DNA of 49,360 bases from a virus. Its lineage: Duplodnaviria > Caudoviricetes. A model generated the notes under the pieces. It did no database searches, was not told where the DNA came from, and worked only from the letters and a program-made list of their open reading frames with translations. The stretch is taken from IMG/VR virus record IMGVR_UViG_3300023257_000002, positions 1-49,360 of that record; one strand, given 5' to 3'. The first letter of the stretch is position 1. Each line of letters starts with the position of its first letter. Shown in pieces: positions 17,681-27,746 of this stretch. The translations under genes were made by a program, and so were the position numbers.

Positions 17681-17871
17681 ATATTCTTTTTTAGAGCCTG
17701 AGTAAATAACATATAAAGAAATTAATATTCCTATGAACCATAATATTCTTTTTTAGAGCCTGAGTAAATAACATATAAAGAAATTAATATTCCTATGAAC
17801 CATAATATATTAAAGGTAAGAGTAAATCCAATTAAACATATATTAAAGGTAAGAGTAAATCCAATTAAACA
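17681..17871. repeat. Adjacent perfect tandem duplications of 62 bp and 33 bp
   Basis: 62-bp unit starts at 17681 and 17743; the 33-bp unit duplicates ICLIGFTLTFN. Confidence 0.85.
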
Positions 17872-17973
17872 AATAAATGAAAAGAAGATACCAATTCCTT
17901 TTTGTACCTTCGCTAAAAAACCATATTGAAATGATGAGTGGTCTCTCCCATGCTTATGATTATGTCTCCTCAT
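17731..17973 (-). CDS. Small membrane protein altered by tandem duplications
   Basis: 80-aa hydrophobic ORF with upstream TATA box. Confidence 0.6.
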   Translation of the reverse strand: MRRHNHKHGRDHSSFQYGFLAKVQKGIGIFFSFICLIGFTLTFNICLIGFTLTFNILWFIGILISLYVIYSGSKKEYYGS

Positions 17974-18045
17974 GTTATAATATATTATAATTGGTATTTA
18001 AATGTTTTGTTTTTGTTTCAATTATGTTTCACTACTTCTTAATGA

Positions 18046-19065
18046 CTAAAAGAAATCAGTAATTCTTTTTTGGCTCTTTAATTCTAAATTCAAATCTTGA
18101 TTCTTTCTTTTTAATCCTTTTATTGTTCTTGACAACCCCTTAACTTCCTTTCCAAGAATTTTGATTGCGTTTATATGAGATTCCATATTCTCTGCGAACA
18201 TTGTTTGGTTTTGGGTTACCCTCATTATCATATCATTTGTTTGCCCGAAACCTTTTTGGATATAATCGTCATCTATCTTAAACTTATTTTCCTTCTTTTT
18301 ATTCCACCACTTTTGCATTTGAAGATTAGTTGTTAATGCTTTCTTTCCTGTATTTTCTAATTCACCCCCCATTTCCAGAGAGTCATCAACGAGTAGCCAT
18401 TCCCCTTCTTCATCAGATATTCTCCAGATAATTCCTTTTTTGTTTTGGTCTATTGCTAAATCATTTTTAATAAAGGCATAATGTTCTTTTTTCCATTGGA
18501 AGTCATAGGGTCTTAGACTTACTCCTAACTTGTTCTCTAAAGCGTTTAGAACCTTATAGAATGCATAAAAAGATTGTTTACGTGACTCTATACCACTCAA
18601 TCCATAATAAGATTCTCCAGGCTTATCAAATATTCTGATATGTTTATTACAAAGCCATACTTTTCTTCCTAGAACTTTAATTCTTGGTGTTGTTTCTTTT
18701 GCACCCACTAATTTATAGTTTATTCCTTTCTTTTTTATTAGCTCTAATCTTTTGTCCCAATTCTCTGGGAATTTGTTTGGGATTATATTTACAATATTGG
18801 CATGACCCCTAATTGTATCCTTGTTTAAATTTCTACCATACTTAGTTGGATTTTTACTCGCATTTGTAAGTTCCCATAGACCCTTTGATTTATTTATGAT
18901 TACCCCTGAATCTTTTAATCTCCGAAGGTAATAGTTTAATTGTTGTTTAGAAATATTTAATTTTTCTCTGATTTTTGTGAGGTTTGTTGAGAGTTTTAAT
19001 TCGTTTAATATTGGTAAGTAAAAGTTTTTTTTCTCAAGTCGATTTTTACTACACTCTCTTTTCAT
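18046..19065 (-). CDS. Winged-helix DNA-binding protein with large C-terminal domain and coiled coil (possible replication or transcription factor)
   Basis: LTKIREKLNISKQQLNYYLRRLKDSGVI...GLWEL wHTH; the rest is unrecognised. Confidence 0.7.
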   Translation of the reverse strand: MKRECSKNRLEKKNFYLPILNELKLSTNLTKIREKLNISKQQLNYYLRRLKDSGVIINKSKGLWELTNASKNPTKYGRNLNKDTIRGHANIVNIIPNKFPENWDKRLELIKKKGINYKLVGAKETTPRIKVLGRKVWLCNKHIRIFDKPGESYYGLSGIESRKQSFYAFYKVLNALENKLGVSLRPYDFQWKKEHYAFIKNDLAIDQNKKGIIWRISDEEGEWLLVDDSLEMGGELENTGKKALTTNLQMQKWWNKKKENKFKIDDDYIQKGFGQTNDMIMRVTQNQTMFAENMESHINAIKILGKEVKGLSRTIKGLKRKNQDLNLELKSQKRITDFF

Positions 19066-19177
19066 TACACTTTAAATTGATACTTCTTTAAATAATCTTA
19101 TTTTAACTTAAAAATAGTAAATAAGTGATTGTGCGAACATTTAAAAAGGTGTTTCACTTATAAATAGTAACAAATAT

Positions 19178-19260
19178 CAAGGGGAAGTCGGGACAATATG
19201 TCTTACCTTTCATGGGGGCTTAACTCAATTCCCTACACTTCCTCTTGGTCGGCTTTTTTT
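19178..19260 (+). ncRNA. Candidate small structured RNA
   Basis: CAAGGGGAAGT/ACTTCCTCTTG closing stem with inner hairpins, TATA-like TTTAAAAA upstream and an oligo-T run downstream. Confidence 0.4.
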
Positions 19261-19511
19261 AAAACATTGATTCTATCTTTCAACTTCTTTACTTTTTAGG
19301 TTGTCTATCTGTATTTCGATTTCCTCGACCTCCACCTGAACCATCTCTTCTACGTTCTCCACCACAAGCCCCACGGTCTCCACGACCTTCGTTTCCCCTA
19401 TCTGCCATTATTTCCACCTCCTTTTTCAAAAAATTCAATTTCTTTTTCTTTAAATGTTTTTTCCATGATATTTATTCTCAAAAATCCTTTAAATAATTTT
19501 CTATAATTTCT

Positions 19512-20006
19512 TTAAAACATTGATTCGATTCGTTCTATTTCTTTTATTCTTTGAAGGGTACTAATATCTTTTTCTCTCCGATATTCTGTTTCAGGTTTCT
19601 TTATTAATCTTTTAACATTTCTTTTAATTGTTTTAATATCATAATATTCGTTCCCGTAGATTCTTTTAGTTTTAGGTTTTCTTTTTAATTGGGTATAATC
19701 TATAATTGTTTCCCCTTCTTTTGTTTTGATTTTATAAGTTCCTTTGTGCTGTCCTTTGACAACTTCATACCTCTCTTCTCCTATCGCCCTATTCAATTTC
19801 TTAGCCATCGCCACTGCACTTTTCTTAGGTTTTGGGGTAAAGATGTCATAGTCTTTTGTTTTACTTCTTAGATGAATTGGTAATTGAACATTAGTAGCCA
19901 TAGCCCCATGGATTACTTGTCCCTTTTCTGCTTGTCTTAGAATTATTCCCCTTAACCATAAACCATCTTCTTTCTTTATAGTTCTTGAAATACTTTGAAG
20001 GTTCAT
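19512..20006 (-). CDS. Pol-beta-superfamily nucleotidyltransferase
   Basis: VIHGAMA...KTKDYDIFT...IIDYT. Confidence 0.65.
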   Translation of the reverse strand: MNLQSISRTIKKEDGLWLRGIILRQAEKGQVIHGAMATNVQLPIHLRSKTKDYDIFTPKPKKSAVAMAKKLNRAIGEERYEVVKGQHKGTYKIKTKEGETIIDYTQLKRKPKTKRIYGNEYYDIKTIKRNVKRLIKKPETEYRREKDISTLQRIKEIERIESMF

Positions 20007-20389
20007 AGTCCTGCAATTAAACCTGATTCAAGTTTGATTACACTTATTCCTATAATATTTTTCATTCCTAATCCAATCATATCTTTAGTTCCAGATTTCT
20101 TTTTAGATGCTTTTACATTTTCATTAACTAAAGTAGCTGCCTGGATTGTTGGAATTAGTGCTGCGATTGTTTTGTAACTCATTTTTTTAAACCTCCTAAA
20201 GATTTATCCTTTCCCTTTCCGAATACTTCTAAAAATTCACAGTCACCCCTACCTTTGTTGGCTCTTATGCCTCTTCCACTTCCGTCTTTTTTTGGTATTC
20301 CTTTTTCTTCCATTGTTATTTCTCCTAAAACTGAATAGGGGCTAATAAATTAAAGCCCAAAAATAAAAAATTTGTTGTAGTTTATTTAT

Positions 20390-20875
20390 TTATCCAAACG
20401 ATTCTATAAGTTTACTACTAATTACTGGATACATTGCAGCTACTACAATCGCTAATGCAAAGAAGATAGTAATAATTCCTACCAACGACCTTCCTCCACT
20501 ATTTGCAATATAAGTTAATGGTTGTGCTGTTCCTGAAATTTTCCAACCTAAACCTTCAAACTCTGCATCATCTACAGTAACATTTACTGATAATGCTCCA
20601 TTATAAATAACATTATTCTCTACAGTATAATTTCCTGAACCAATTACATTATATGTTTCGTTCCATATAACAACATCAGAAAGTGCTCTCCAATTTACTA
20701 AATAAATACTCTCACCTGCAGAACCTGCTGTCTGAGAATGATTAGCTATAGTTGCAGTATCTGTCGTTTGACCTACTTGCTGTGCAACTACTTCGAATAA
20801 AATTAATCCTACTAAAACCGCAATGAATGTATATAGAATCATACTAATATCCATTTGTGCCTTTTTTACTTTCAT
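20390..20875 (-). CDS. Capsid-protein paralogue with class III signal peptide and a glycosylated insertion
   Basis: KKAQ start; shares LVG....VAQQVG and LVG..T.FFALAI with the 72-aa protein; four sequons in the insert. Confidence 0.75.
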   Translation of the reverse strand: MKVKKAQMDISMILYTFIAVLVGLILFEVVAQQVGQTTDTATIANHSQTAGSAGESIYLVNWRALSDVVIWNETYNVIGSGNYTVENNVIYNGALSVNVTVDDAEFEGLGWKISGTAQPLTYIANSGGRSLVGIITIFFALAIVVAAMYPVISSKLIESFG

Positions 20876-20939
20876 ACTATATATCTCCCCTCCTAAAAAA
20901 TTCTCTTGTGAGTTTCATAAGATTACATGTAATTCTACC

Positions 20940-20954
20940 TTTATAAATATCGAT
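20940..20954 (-). promoter_or_regulatory. Conserved promoter motif (copy 4), followed by TACATGTA
   Basis: Exact 15-mer. Confidence 0.85.
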
Positions 20955-20960
20955 TATGAA

Positions 20961-21152
20961 TTAGTTTAAGAACATATTCTTTTTTTCTTGATTAAACTCA
21001 CCTTTGAAGAATCTATTTTCTTCGTGGAAGATATTTTCTGTAGGTCTTTCTTGGATTGTTACTGTTGCTTGGGATTTTTTTAGAACTCTCTTACTAGTAA
21101 TTTTTTTAGATAATCTTTTTGCTAATGTTTCTTTTTTCTTTTTCTTTGCCAT
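20961..21152 (-). CDS. Small basic protein
   Basis: 63 aa, TAATG coupling. Confidence 0.7.
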   Translation of the reverse strand: MAKKKKKETLAKRLSKKITSKRVLKKSQATVTIQERPTENIFHEENRFFKGEFNQEKKNMFLN

Positions 21153-21511
21153 TATTTGAAAAACATCCTGTCTTTTTTAATTTTACTTGTATTTTTATTT
21201 CCCATAAAGATATGTTTTTCTTTTAGGATTGAACGCCCAGAATTTAGTATTGTCATTTTATTTCCTATCATTCCACTTCCAGAATTCCACATTTCTTCAT
21301 TTTTCTTCTTATGGATTTTTCTTAATTCGTTTTTTACCTGTTCCGCTCTTTTTTCTTTTTGATGGGATATTAATTCTCGTTCATCCGAGGACAATTCTCT
21401 TTCAGAAATTAATCTTTCGATTTTTCTTTCTTCCATAGATTGTCGCATCTTTTCTTTGAACTCTGATTTATTCTCTTTCGATTTTTCTAAAAGTCTTTTT
21501 ATTAATCCCAT
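21152..21511 (-). CDS. Basic coiled-coil protein
   Basis: 119 aa, ATG 21 nt after the promoter motif. Confidence 0.75.
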   Translation of the reverse strand: MGLIKRLLEKSKENKSEFKEKMRQSMEERKIERLISERELSSDERELISHQKEKRAEQVKNELRKIHKKKNEEMWNSGSGMIGNKMTILNSGRSILKEKHIFMGNKNTSKIKKDRMFFK

Positions 21512-21532
21512 AGTTTTACATGTATTTTATAG

Positions 21533-21547
21533 TTTATAAATATCGAT
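21533..21547 (-). promoter_or_regulatory. Conserved promoter motif (copy 5), followed by TACATGTA
   Basis: Exact 15-mer. Confidence 0.85.
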
Positions 21548-21816
21548 TATCTTTTTGTAATTTTATTTACCAACAAACCTATAATTAATCCTGCAATTAT
21601 TGAAAATATTGCTACCATTGGAGATTGGATAACTGTTCCAGAGAATAATAATAAAAATATTCCTAACATAAAGAACATAGCTACTACACTCATTCTAAAA
21701 TATGCAGACATCCCCATAATTACTATTAAAGAAATCGCTAAGAATATATCTGGGTTTCCCATAAATATATTTAGGATAATCTTTTTCAATTCAAGTGGTT
21801 GGATAAATTCTGCCAT
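21547..21816 (-). CDS. Multi-TM membrane protein
   Basis: 89 aa, hydrophobic, coupled. Confidence 0.75.
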   Translation of the reverse strand: MAEFIQPLELKKIILNIFMGNPDIFLAISLIVIMGMSAYFRMSVVAMFFMLGIFLLLFSGTVIQSPMVAIFSIIAGLIIGLLVNKITKR

Positions 21817-22256
21817 TATCTACCTGCAAAGTAACTTACGCAACTCCATATAAATGCCACTCCAACCCCTACAAAGAGAAGGGTAACAACATTCGTTGCC
21901 CATACTTGATTTAATTCGGAAACATATTTTATTATAGTCCAGGAAGTCCCTGCGAATAAAGTTCCAGTTGTAATTATTAAAGGTAATATTATTAAACTTG
22001 TGTCATAACCTTTTGCAAATAATCCAACAATTACTGCTCCTGCTCCAGCCAATAGTATAAAAATTCCAATTGTCCCACCAAATATATCTAAAAAATAAGA
22101 TGAACTTTCCATATCTGCATCAATTAATTCTCCTGTTGATTCATTAATAGTTACTCCGTAGTTTCCTGTTATCCCACTTAATCCAATAGGGAAACCCATA
22201 AATCCTAAGAAAATTATCATTACAATAATTACTACACAAAATTCTGGTAACTTCAT
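21816..22256 (-). CDS. Multi-TM membrane protein
   Basis: 146 aa, about four TM segments. Confidence 0.75.
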   Translation of the reverse strand: MKLPEFCVVIIVMIIFLGFMGFPIGLSGITGNYGVTINESTGELIDADMESSSYFLDIFGGTIGIFILLAGAGAVIVGLFAKGYDTSLIILPLIITTGTLFAGTSWTIIKYVSELNQVWATNVVTLLFVGVGVAFIWSCVSYFAGR

Positions 22257-25200
22257 TATGTTCGCACCTCGTTAAATATTGCTAATGTTAAAACTAAAAA
22301 TGCAAGGAAGGTAGGCAGATATGTTATTCCTCTTATTGTAGGAATTAATCCTATCACTACATCAAAGAAAAAGATTATTCCAAATATTAAAGAGGATACA
22401 GCTAACGGACTTGTTGCCCCATATTTATAACTCATTATTCCTATTGAAATAAATAAGATTAAAAAGACTATTAAACTTCTTCCAAAGTCATCTAATCCAA
22501 AAATTCCTGAATCTAAATATAAAGTTAAATCTGTAAAGAAATTTGCTATACTCCATCCTGTTAATTCTGTATTTTGAATTACCCAATATCTTGAACTATT
22601 TGTATAAACACCATTGATAAGCCAATAATAATCAAAATAAATTATAGTCTGATTATTTACATTATAAATTTCAGTTAATGCTGTTCCTTCTACTCCTGTA
22701 TTTCCTCCATCTATCTTTGTACCATTTGATAATCTTAAAGTAAATCCGTAATCATCGACATCCCAATAACTTGAAGTCAAAGTAAAACCAAAAGTATAGG
22801 AAGTATCGTTTTCTAAATATGTATTAGTTGGAAGAATTGTATAACCAATTCCCCTTATTGAACTATTTTCTGCTTCTGCTGTATCTCCCAATGTAATTGT
22901 ATAAGAAGTTTGGGTTGGTGTAAATGTTGTTGAGTAATCTGTGTATCCTGCTTTAGTTAAAGTAAAATCGTGTGAGAAATCAGGGTTCAACCAAAAGGTT
23001 ACCGTCCCATCTGAACCTGTTGTTCCTGCTGCGACTACAGTATCCGTTCCACTTATTTCTCTTGTTGCAGTTATGTATACTCCAGAGATTAATTGACTTG
23101 CACTATTGTCTACTTGGATTGTTACATAAATTCCATCTGCACTTTCTAATAAATATAAAATTTGTGTTGATAGTGTACTTGTATAATCTATAGCAGAAGG
23201 ATTCCAAGTTCTTTGTGGATAATCTGAATTTCTTTTATATTGAAGATAAGGTTCTACATGGATAGTTCTATCGGGAGTCCCACAAAAAAGATAATTATAA
23301 TGGTCTGTAGTATTAATGTAATCATATTCTTTTGTTACGTCTCCGTTTCCTAGATAATAAGTAAATGTACTTGTCGGAATACTTGCATTTATACTACTTA
23401 AATCTGCTTCATCTTTGAAAGTGATATTTAGAAAGTCGTCAGAGTAGGTTGCATTACAAAGAGTAAAAACTGTCTCGGAAACATTTTGATAAGTTGTATA
23501 AGTCGAAGGGATAGTAGAACCTGCGTAAGTAAATTTCCAACCTATTGAATTGTTTCCTACGTTTGCTATTGGAACATCCATAGAATAACTCCAAATATTT
23601 CCTGATTGAGTTGTAGTATAATCTGTCCCGTTATAATTTAATTTAATTGCTGTTAGACTTGAATTTGCTGTTACATTTATTTGATAAGTTTCTCTTGCTG
23701 TTTCATAAGAAGTTGAATTGTGCGTTCTATTGTTTTCAAGGATTAGATAATCCCAAGAGGTATAAGTTGAGTTTGTATTACCCACTGTATCATTTACCCA
23801 GATTGTCATATCTGTATCTCCATATTCTAAAAGAAATGTTGGAGAGTTCTTTACACCAGTTAAACAACCATCAATAGTTACGTTTGTACCATTATAATCA
23901 TACCAACAACTATCTAAGTTTGTATCTGTGAAAGTTACGTTTAAAGTTTCACTTTGTCCGACAGCACCATAGTTTAATGTTCCTGTTGGAGATTGTAAAG
24001 TTATTGTTGGTGCAGTTGTATCAATTTCTAAAGTTCTATTTGCTGTTGAGAATCCACAATCTCCGTCTGAATCACAGGCTTGGACGTTCCAGAGGGTTGT
24101 AGTCCCACTAATTAAACTTCTATCCCATGTTTGAGTTTCTGTTGTTCCGCTTAATCCTGTTGTAGTATTTCTTACAGCCCAAGTTCCACTTTCATTTGTC
24201 CATAAAGACATATTCTCTACCGTTGCTCCTCCAGTAACCGTTGCTGTTGCGTTGAAAGTGTTTAAATTTGTGTCGGACATATAGTTGTTTGTTGGAGAGT
24301 TTAGAATTATTGATGTAGAATAATCTGGTGTATTATAATAAAGAGTTCCACTAGTTCCTTTAGTAACAGTTATACTATCATTATAAAGAATATAACTAAA
24401 GATTTTTATTCTACCCCCTTTACCAGTTCCGCCTGAACTCCCTGTTGCACCATTTCCTGCTTGTCCATCACCTGCAGAACCCCCACTTCCTCCAGTTCCT
24501 CCTGCAATATCCAAATTAGAATTAGATATATTAACTAAGATTCCATCTATTATTAACATACCTCCAGAACCTCCACCACCACCACCGCCACCAGAACCCC
24601 CAACGGCATCGTCGTAACAAAATCCAGCTCCAGCACCACCATTACCCCCACTAGTTCCACTAATATCTATTCCTCCATTAACAAGGATATTTAATGCAAA
24701 TAATTTTAAAGAAGCCCCGCCTAAATTACCAACTCCACCATTTGCATTATTACCTCCTCCACCATAAAAACAATCTGAACCACCCCCTCCTCCCCCCCCA
24801 CCACTTGATAATGAAAAATCTAATCTACTTGTTTCTGAACCATATAATCCAGCTCCAGCCCCCCCTCCTACAGATGAGGGAGGATAAAATGCTTTTGTTC
24901 CCCCAGCACCACCATTACCTCCATCATATCCAACACCCTCACTACCTGAACCTCCTGAACTATCCGCAGGTGAAGAACCTCCTGCCCCCCCTGTATTATT
25001 AGATTTCCCTTCCCCTTCAATAGTTCCTTCAATAGTAATATTATATGCTGTAATGTTCAAATAACCAATGCTTTCATTAATTTCTAATATGGCTCCTGAG
25101 GCTACATAAACATTATTATAAGTTACATCTCCTCCTAAAATAGTAGTGCCACTTGTAATTGTTAAATTATCTTCTGAGAGTAAATAATCAAATACAGTTG

Positions 25201-25972
25201 TACTTAAGGGATTACTTTCCCAAACTGCCCACTCATTAAGAGTTTCTCCACCTGTTTTTATAATCCAATCGACACTTCTACTTGGTTTCTTTTCTGCATC
25301 TAATTTAACAGTATATTCTCCTTTAGGCATTTCAGTTCCTAAATTATAATTAACCCAACCATTATAAATAACTTCTTTCTTACCAACTAAGACATTTGAA
25401 CAAATAGTTTCTGCAGTTCCATTAAGAGATAACTTTCCTGTTTCTGTGCAAGTATATTTATAATCATCAACTAATTTATAATAAATAGTTCTTTCTCTTT
25501 CCACATTCTCACAAACTAAAGGAACTTCAACCATAGTTTCTTCATCAGTATATCCCCCACTACAAATTTCTTGATTATACTTTTCAATTCTACTTAAAGG
25601 ATTATCCCATATCTTAAATTGATAACTTCTAACATCTTGCTTGACCTTACTTCCATCTTCTTGAATTGTATAGAAATTTACATCGTCCACTAAAGGTCTA
25701 TCTTCATATAATTTTATTTCCATTGTAGAACTACAATCTATCCCACAAGTTTCATCGTGTTGAGAAAGATAACCTTCAAAGATTGTAGCACCTAATCCAA
25801 ATGCATTAGTTATTTTAATTGGTGCATATTTTTCTAGTAAAGGTAAATCTTTTATTTGTTTTCCATCAAAGGTTGTGGAAGTTAAATCTTTTATGTTGTC
25901 AAAAGAAAATGCACTTGCAAAGCTAATCATAAACATTCCTAATAGACAAATTGTTAATAGTTTATATTTCAT
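22256..25972 (-). CDS. Large membrane-anchored virion glycoprotein/adhesin
   Basis: 1238 aa; signal peptide, glycine-rich domain, Ig-like repeats (DTTAPTITLQSP), dense sequons, three C-terminal TM helices. Confidence 0.85.
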   Translation of the reverse strand: MKYKLLTICLLGMFMISFASAFSFDNIKDLTSTTFDGKQIKDLPLLEKYAPIKITNAFGLGATIFEGYLSQHDETCGIDCSSTMEIKLYEDRPLVDDVNFYTIQEDGSKVKQDVRSYQFKIWDNPLSRIEKYNQEICSGGYTDEETMVEVPLVCENVERERTIYYKLVDDYKYTCTETGKLSLNGTAETICSNVLVGKKEVIYNGWVNYNLGTEMPKGEYTVKLDAEKKPSRSVDWIIKTGGETLNEWAVWESNPLSTTVFDYLLSEDNLTITSGTTILGGDVTYNNVYVASGAILEINESIGYLNITAYNITIEGTIEGEGKSNNTGGAGGSSPADSSGGSGSEGVGYDGGNGGAGGTKAFYPPSSVGGGAGAGLYGSETSRLDFSLSSGGGGGGGGSDCFYGGGGNNANGGVGNLGGASLKLFALNILVNGGIDISGTSGGNGGAGAGFCYDDAVGGSGGGGGGGGSGGMLIIDGILVNISNSNLDIAGGTGGSGGSAGDGQAGNGATGSSGGTGKGGRIKIFSYILYNDSITVTKGTSGTLYYNTPDYSTSIILNSPTNNYMSDTNLNTFNATATVTGGATVENMSLWTNESGTWAVRNTTTGLSGTTETQTWDRSLISGTTTLWNVQACDSDGDCGFSTANRTLEIDTTAPTITLQSPTGTLNYGAVGQSETLNVTFTDTNLDSCWYDYNGTNVTIDGCLTGVKNSPTFLLEYGDTDMTIWVNDTVGNTNSTYTSWDYLILENNRTHNSTSYETARETYQINVTANSSLTAIKLNYNGTDYTTTQSGNIWSYSMDVPIANVGNNSIGWKFTYAGSTIPSTYTTYQNVSETVFTLCNATYSDDFLNITFKDEADLSSINASIPTSTFTYYLGNGDVTKEYDYINTTDHYNYLFCGTPDRTIHVEPYLQYKRNSDYPQRTWNPSAIDYTSTLSTQILYLLESADGIYVTIQVDNSASQLISGVYITATREISGTDTVVAAGTTGSDGTVTFWLNPDFSHDFTLTKAGYTDYSTTFTPTQTSYTITLGDTAEAENSSIRGIGYTILPTNTYLENDTSYTFGFTLTSSYWDVDDYGFTLRLSNGTKIDGGNTGVEGTALTEIYNVNNQTIIYFDYYWLINGVYTNSSRYWVIQNTELTGWSIANFFTDLTLYLDSGIFGLDDFGRSLIVFLILFISIGIMSYKYGATSPLAVSSLIFGIIFFFDVVIGLIPTIRGITYLPTFLAFLVLTLAIFNEVRT

Positions 25973-25974
25973 TT

Positions 25975-26985
25975 TTAATTAACTCTCCCTATATTTTGAA
26001 TATCATAATGTTTTATAATCTCCCCATCATCTGAATAATCATAATTATATTTTTCTGATAGGAGTGATTGAAAGAATTTAGTCCAATGTTCTCTATTACT
26101 ATTTGCTTTCATGTGACAAGGCTGACATAAGGAAATACAATTTTCTGGGATAGAGAATTGTTTATTATAATTTATGTGATGAATGTCAAGTGCCCGTTTT
26201 AACTTTTCTTTATGAATATTACAAAGCATACATATTTGATTGTCTCTTTTTCTTATTGCTCTTTTAAATTGTTTGTTAAATTTTGCATCGTAAGGCTCAA
26301 ATGAAATTCCTCCCCTCCAACGATTATTATTTTTTCCACTATTCATTATTCTTAACTTTTCTTTTGTTTCTGGAGAATGTGTTTTTCCTGTTATCCATGT
26401 TTTATGTCCTTTTTTAAATTCTGTATTTGGAGAATGATGTTCCCCTTTAAATTTTTCTGATAAGTATTTTTTAATATCCTCACTACATTCTCCTCCCTTA
26501 TTCCAAGATTGTCTTCCACTATTTTTTGTACTTATTCTTTTTTTAGCTTCTTCTGTATGTGTTTTCCCAAACATACTATTATTTTTTCCACCATTATCTA
26601 TTCTTAATTTAGCTTTAAGACTATTAGCTTTTTCTATTCCATAAATTTCTTCATAAGTTTTTCCCTTAATGTGTGCTTTTGATTTGATAATTTTTTGGAT
26701 ACATTCTTCTGTTTTTTTTCTACCTTTACCTGCTAATGATAAGTTTTTTCTATGTTCATCTGTAAATATTTTTCCTATTGATGATTTAGATATTTTATTT
26801 TTTGTTTCTAATGTCTGTTTTCTTCCAATTGCTCTTTTGGACATCAATTTTTTAGTTTCTTCTGAATGTTTTTTCCTAGTCATACCATATCTTCCTTCTT
26901 TTATAGCTTTGATTATTTTTTCTTTTGTTTCTTCTGGACATTTCTTTCCTGTATTCCATGGTATGTTTCCTTTCTTAAATGCCAT
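25975..26985 (-). CDS. NUMOD3-repeat HNH homing endonuclease
   Basis: Repeated HSEETKKLMS/HTEEAKKRIS motifs plus RDNQICMLC...HHINY...LCQPCH; start MAFKKG by TAATG overlap. Confidence 0.9.
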   Translation of the reverse strand: MAFKKGNIPWNTGKKCPEETKEKIIKAIKEGRYGMTRKKHSEETKKLMSKRAIGRKQTLETKNKISKSSIGKIFTDEHRKNLSLAGKGRKKTEECIQKIIKSKAHIKGKTYEEIYGIEKANSLKAKLRIDNGGKNNSMFGKTHTEEAKKRISTKNSGRQSWNKGGECSEDIKKYLSEKFKGEHHSPNTEFKKGHKTWITGKTHSPETKEKLRIMNSGKNNNRWRGGISFEPYDAKFNKQFKRAIRKRDNQICMLCNIHKEKLKRALDIHHINYNKQFSIPENCISLCQPCHMKANSNREHWTKFFQSLLSEKYNYDYSDDGEIIKHYDIQNIGRVN

Positions 26986-27239
26986 TAGAGTATATACCTC
27001 ACAGTAATTGCCCCAATGGCGACGGTTAAAATAATCCAAATATAATAAGGAATGGTAGCGTTTAAAATTATGCAAAATAATTTATTTCCGTCTTCAATAC
27101 TATCTACATCTGAACAAGCCATATCTACTCTTGACCTTGTTACTTCTCCTGTTAAAAAATTAATCATTACAAATCCTGCAATTATTATAAAAATAAAAGA
27201 CATAATTGCTAATCCTAAACTTTGTCCTTTTTTATTCAT
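26985..27239 (-). CDS. Two-helix minor structural protein with class III signal peptide
   Basis: MNKKGQ, two hydrophobic helices, two-Cys loop. Confidence 0.7.
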   Translation of the reverse strand: MNKKGQSLGLAIMSFIFIIIAGFVMINFLTGEVTRSRVDMACSDVDSIEDGNKLFCIILNATIPYYIWIILTVAIGAITVRYIL

Positions 27240-27469
27240 AGACTTACTCCTGCTGGATTAAACCAAATTTTTGTTCTTCCAAATCCAGCATCTCCAGTTC
27301 CTATAATAATATATCCAGATGCTCTTAGTTTAGATTTTGTTTTACTTACTTCTGATTTTTTAACAACTATTTCTCTTTCAAAAACCCCACATACTGCTTT
27401 AGTTGATTTGCTAATTATCTTATCTGGTGATTCCATTCCATTTAATATATCCATCATTATTTTTTTCAT
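27236..27469 (-). CDS. Hypothetical protein
   Basis: 77 aa, coupled. Confidence 0.65.
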   Translation of the reverse strand: MKKIMMDILNGMESPDKIISKSTKAVCGVFEREIVVKKSEVSKTKSKLRASGYIIIGTGDAGFGRTKIWFNPAGVSL

Positions 27470-27470
27470 G

Positions 27471-27746
27471 TTATGTAAAAATTATTCTCCCAGTTATTAT
27501 GACACCTGCTATGAAAATTAATCCTCCGAAAAAATAAAATAAACTGAAATCCGTTACAACACACGCAGCTTTTGTAAATGAACTTATACTCTCGTTACCA
27601 CAATCCATTCCAATAGTATCCCCAACACTTACATTTCTCGCATCATCTATAAATTCCTTGCCTACAGGAGCAAGTGATAATGCCAAAATAATTACAACAA
27701 CTGATAACATAATCCCAAAAATTATGACACTTCCCCTACGGTTCAT
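27471..27746 (-). CDS. Two-helix minor structural protein with class III-like signal peptide
   Basis: MNRRGS, two hydrophobic helices, two-Cys loop with sequons. Confidence 0.7.
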   Translation of the reverse strand: MNRRGSVIIFGIMLSVVVIILALSLAPVGKEFIDDARNVSVGDTIGMDCGNESISSFTKAACVVTDFSLFYFFGGLIFIAGVIITGRIIFT

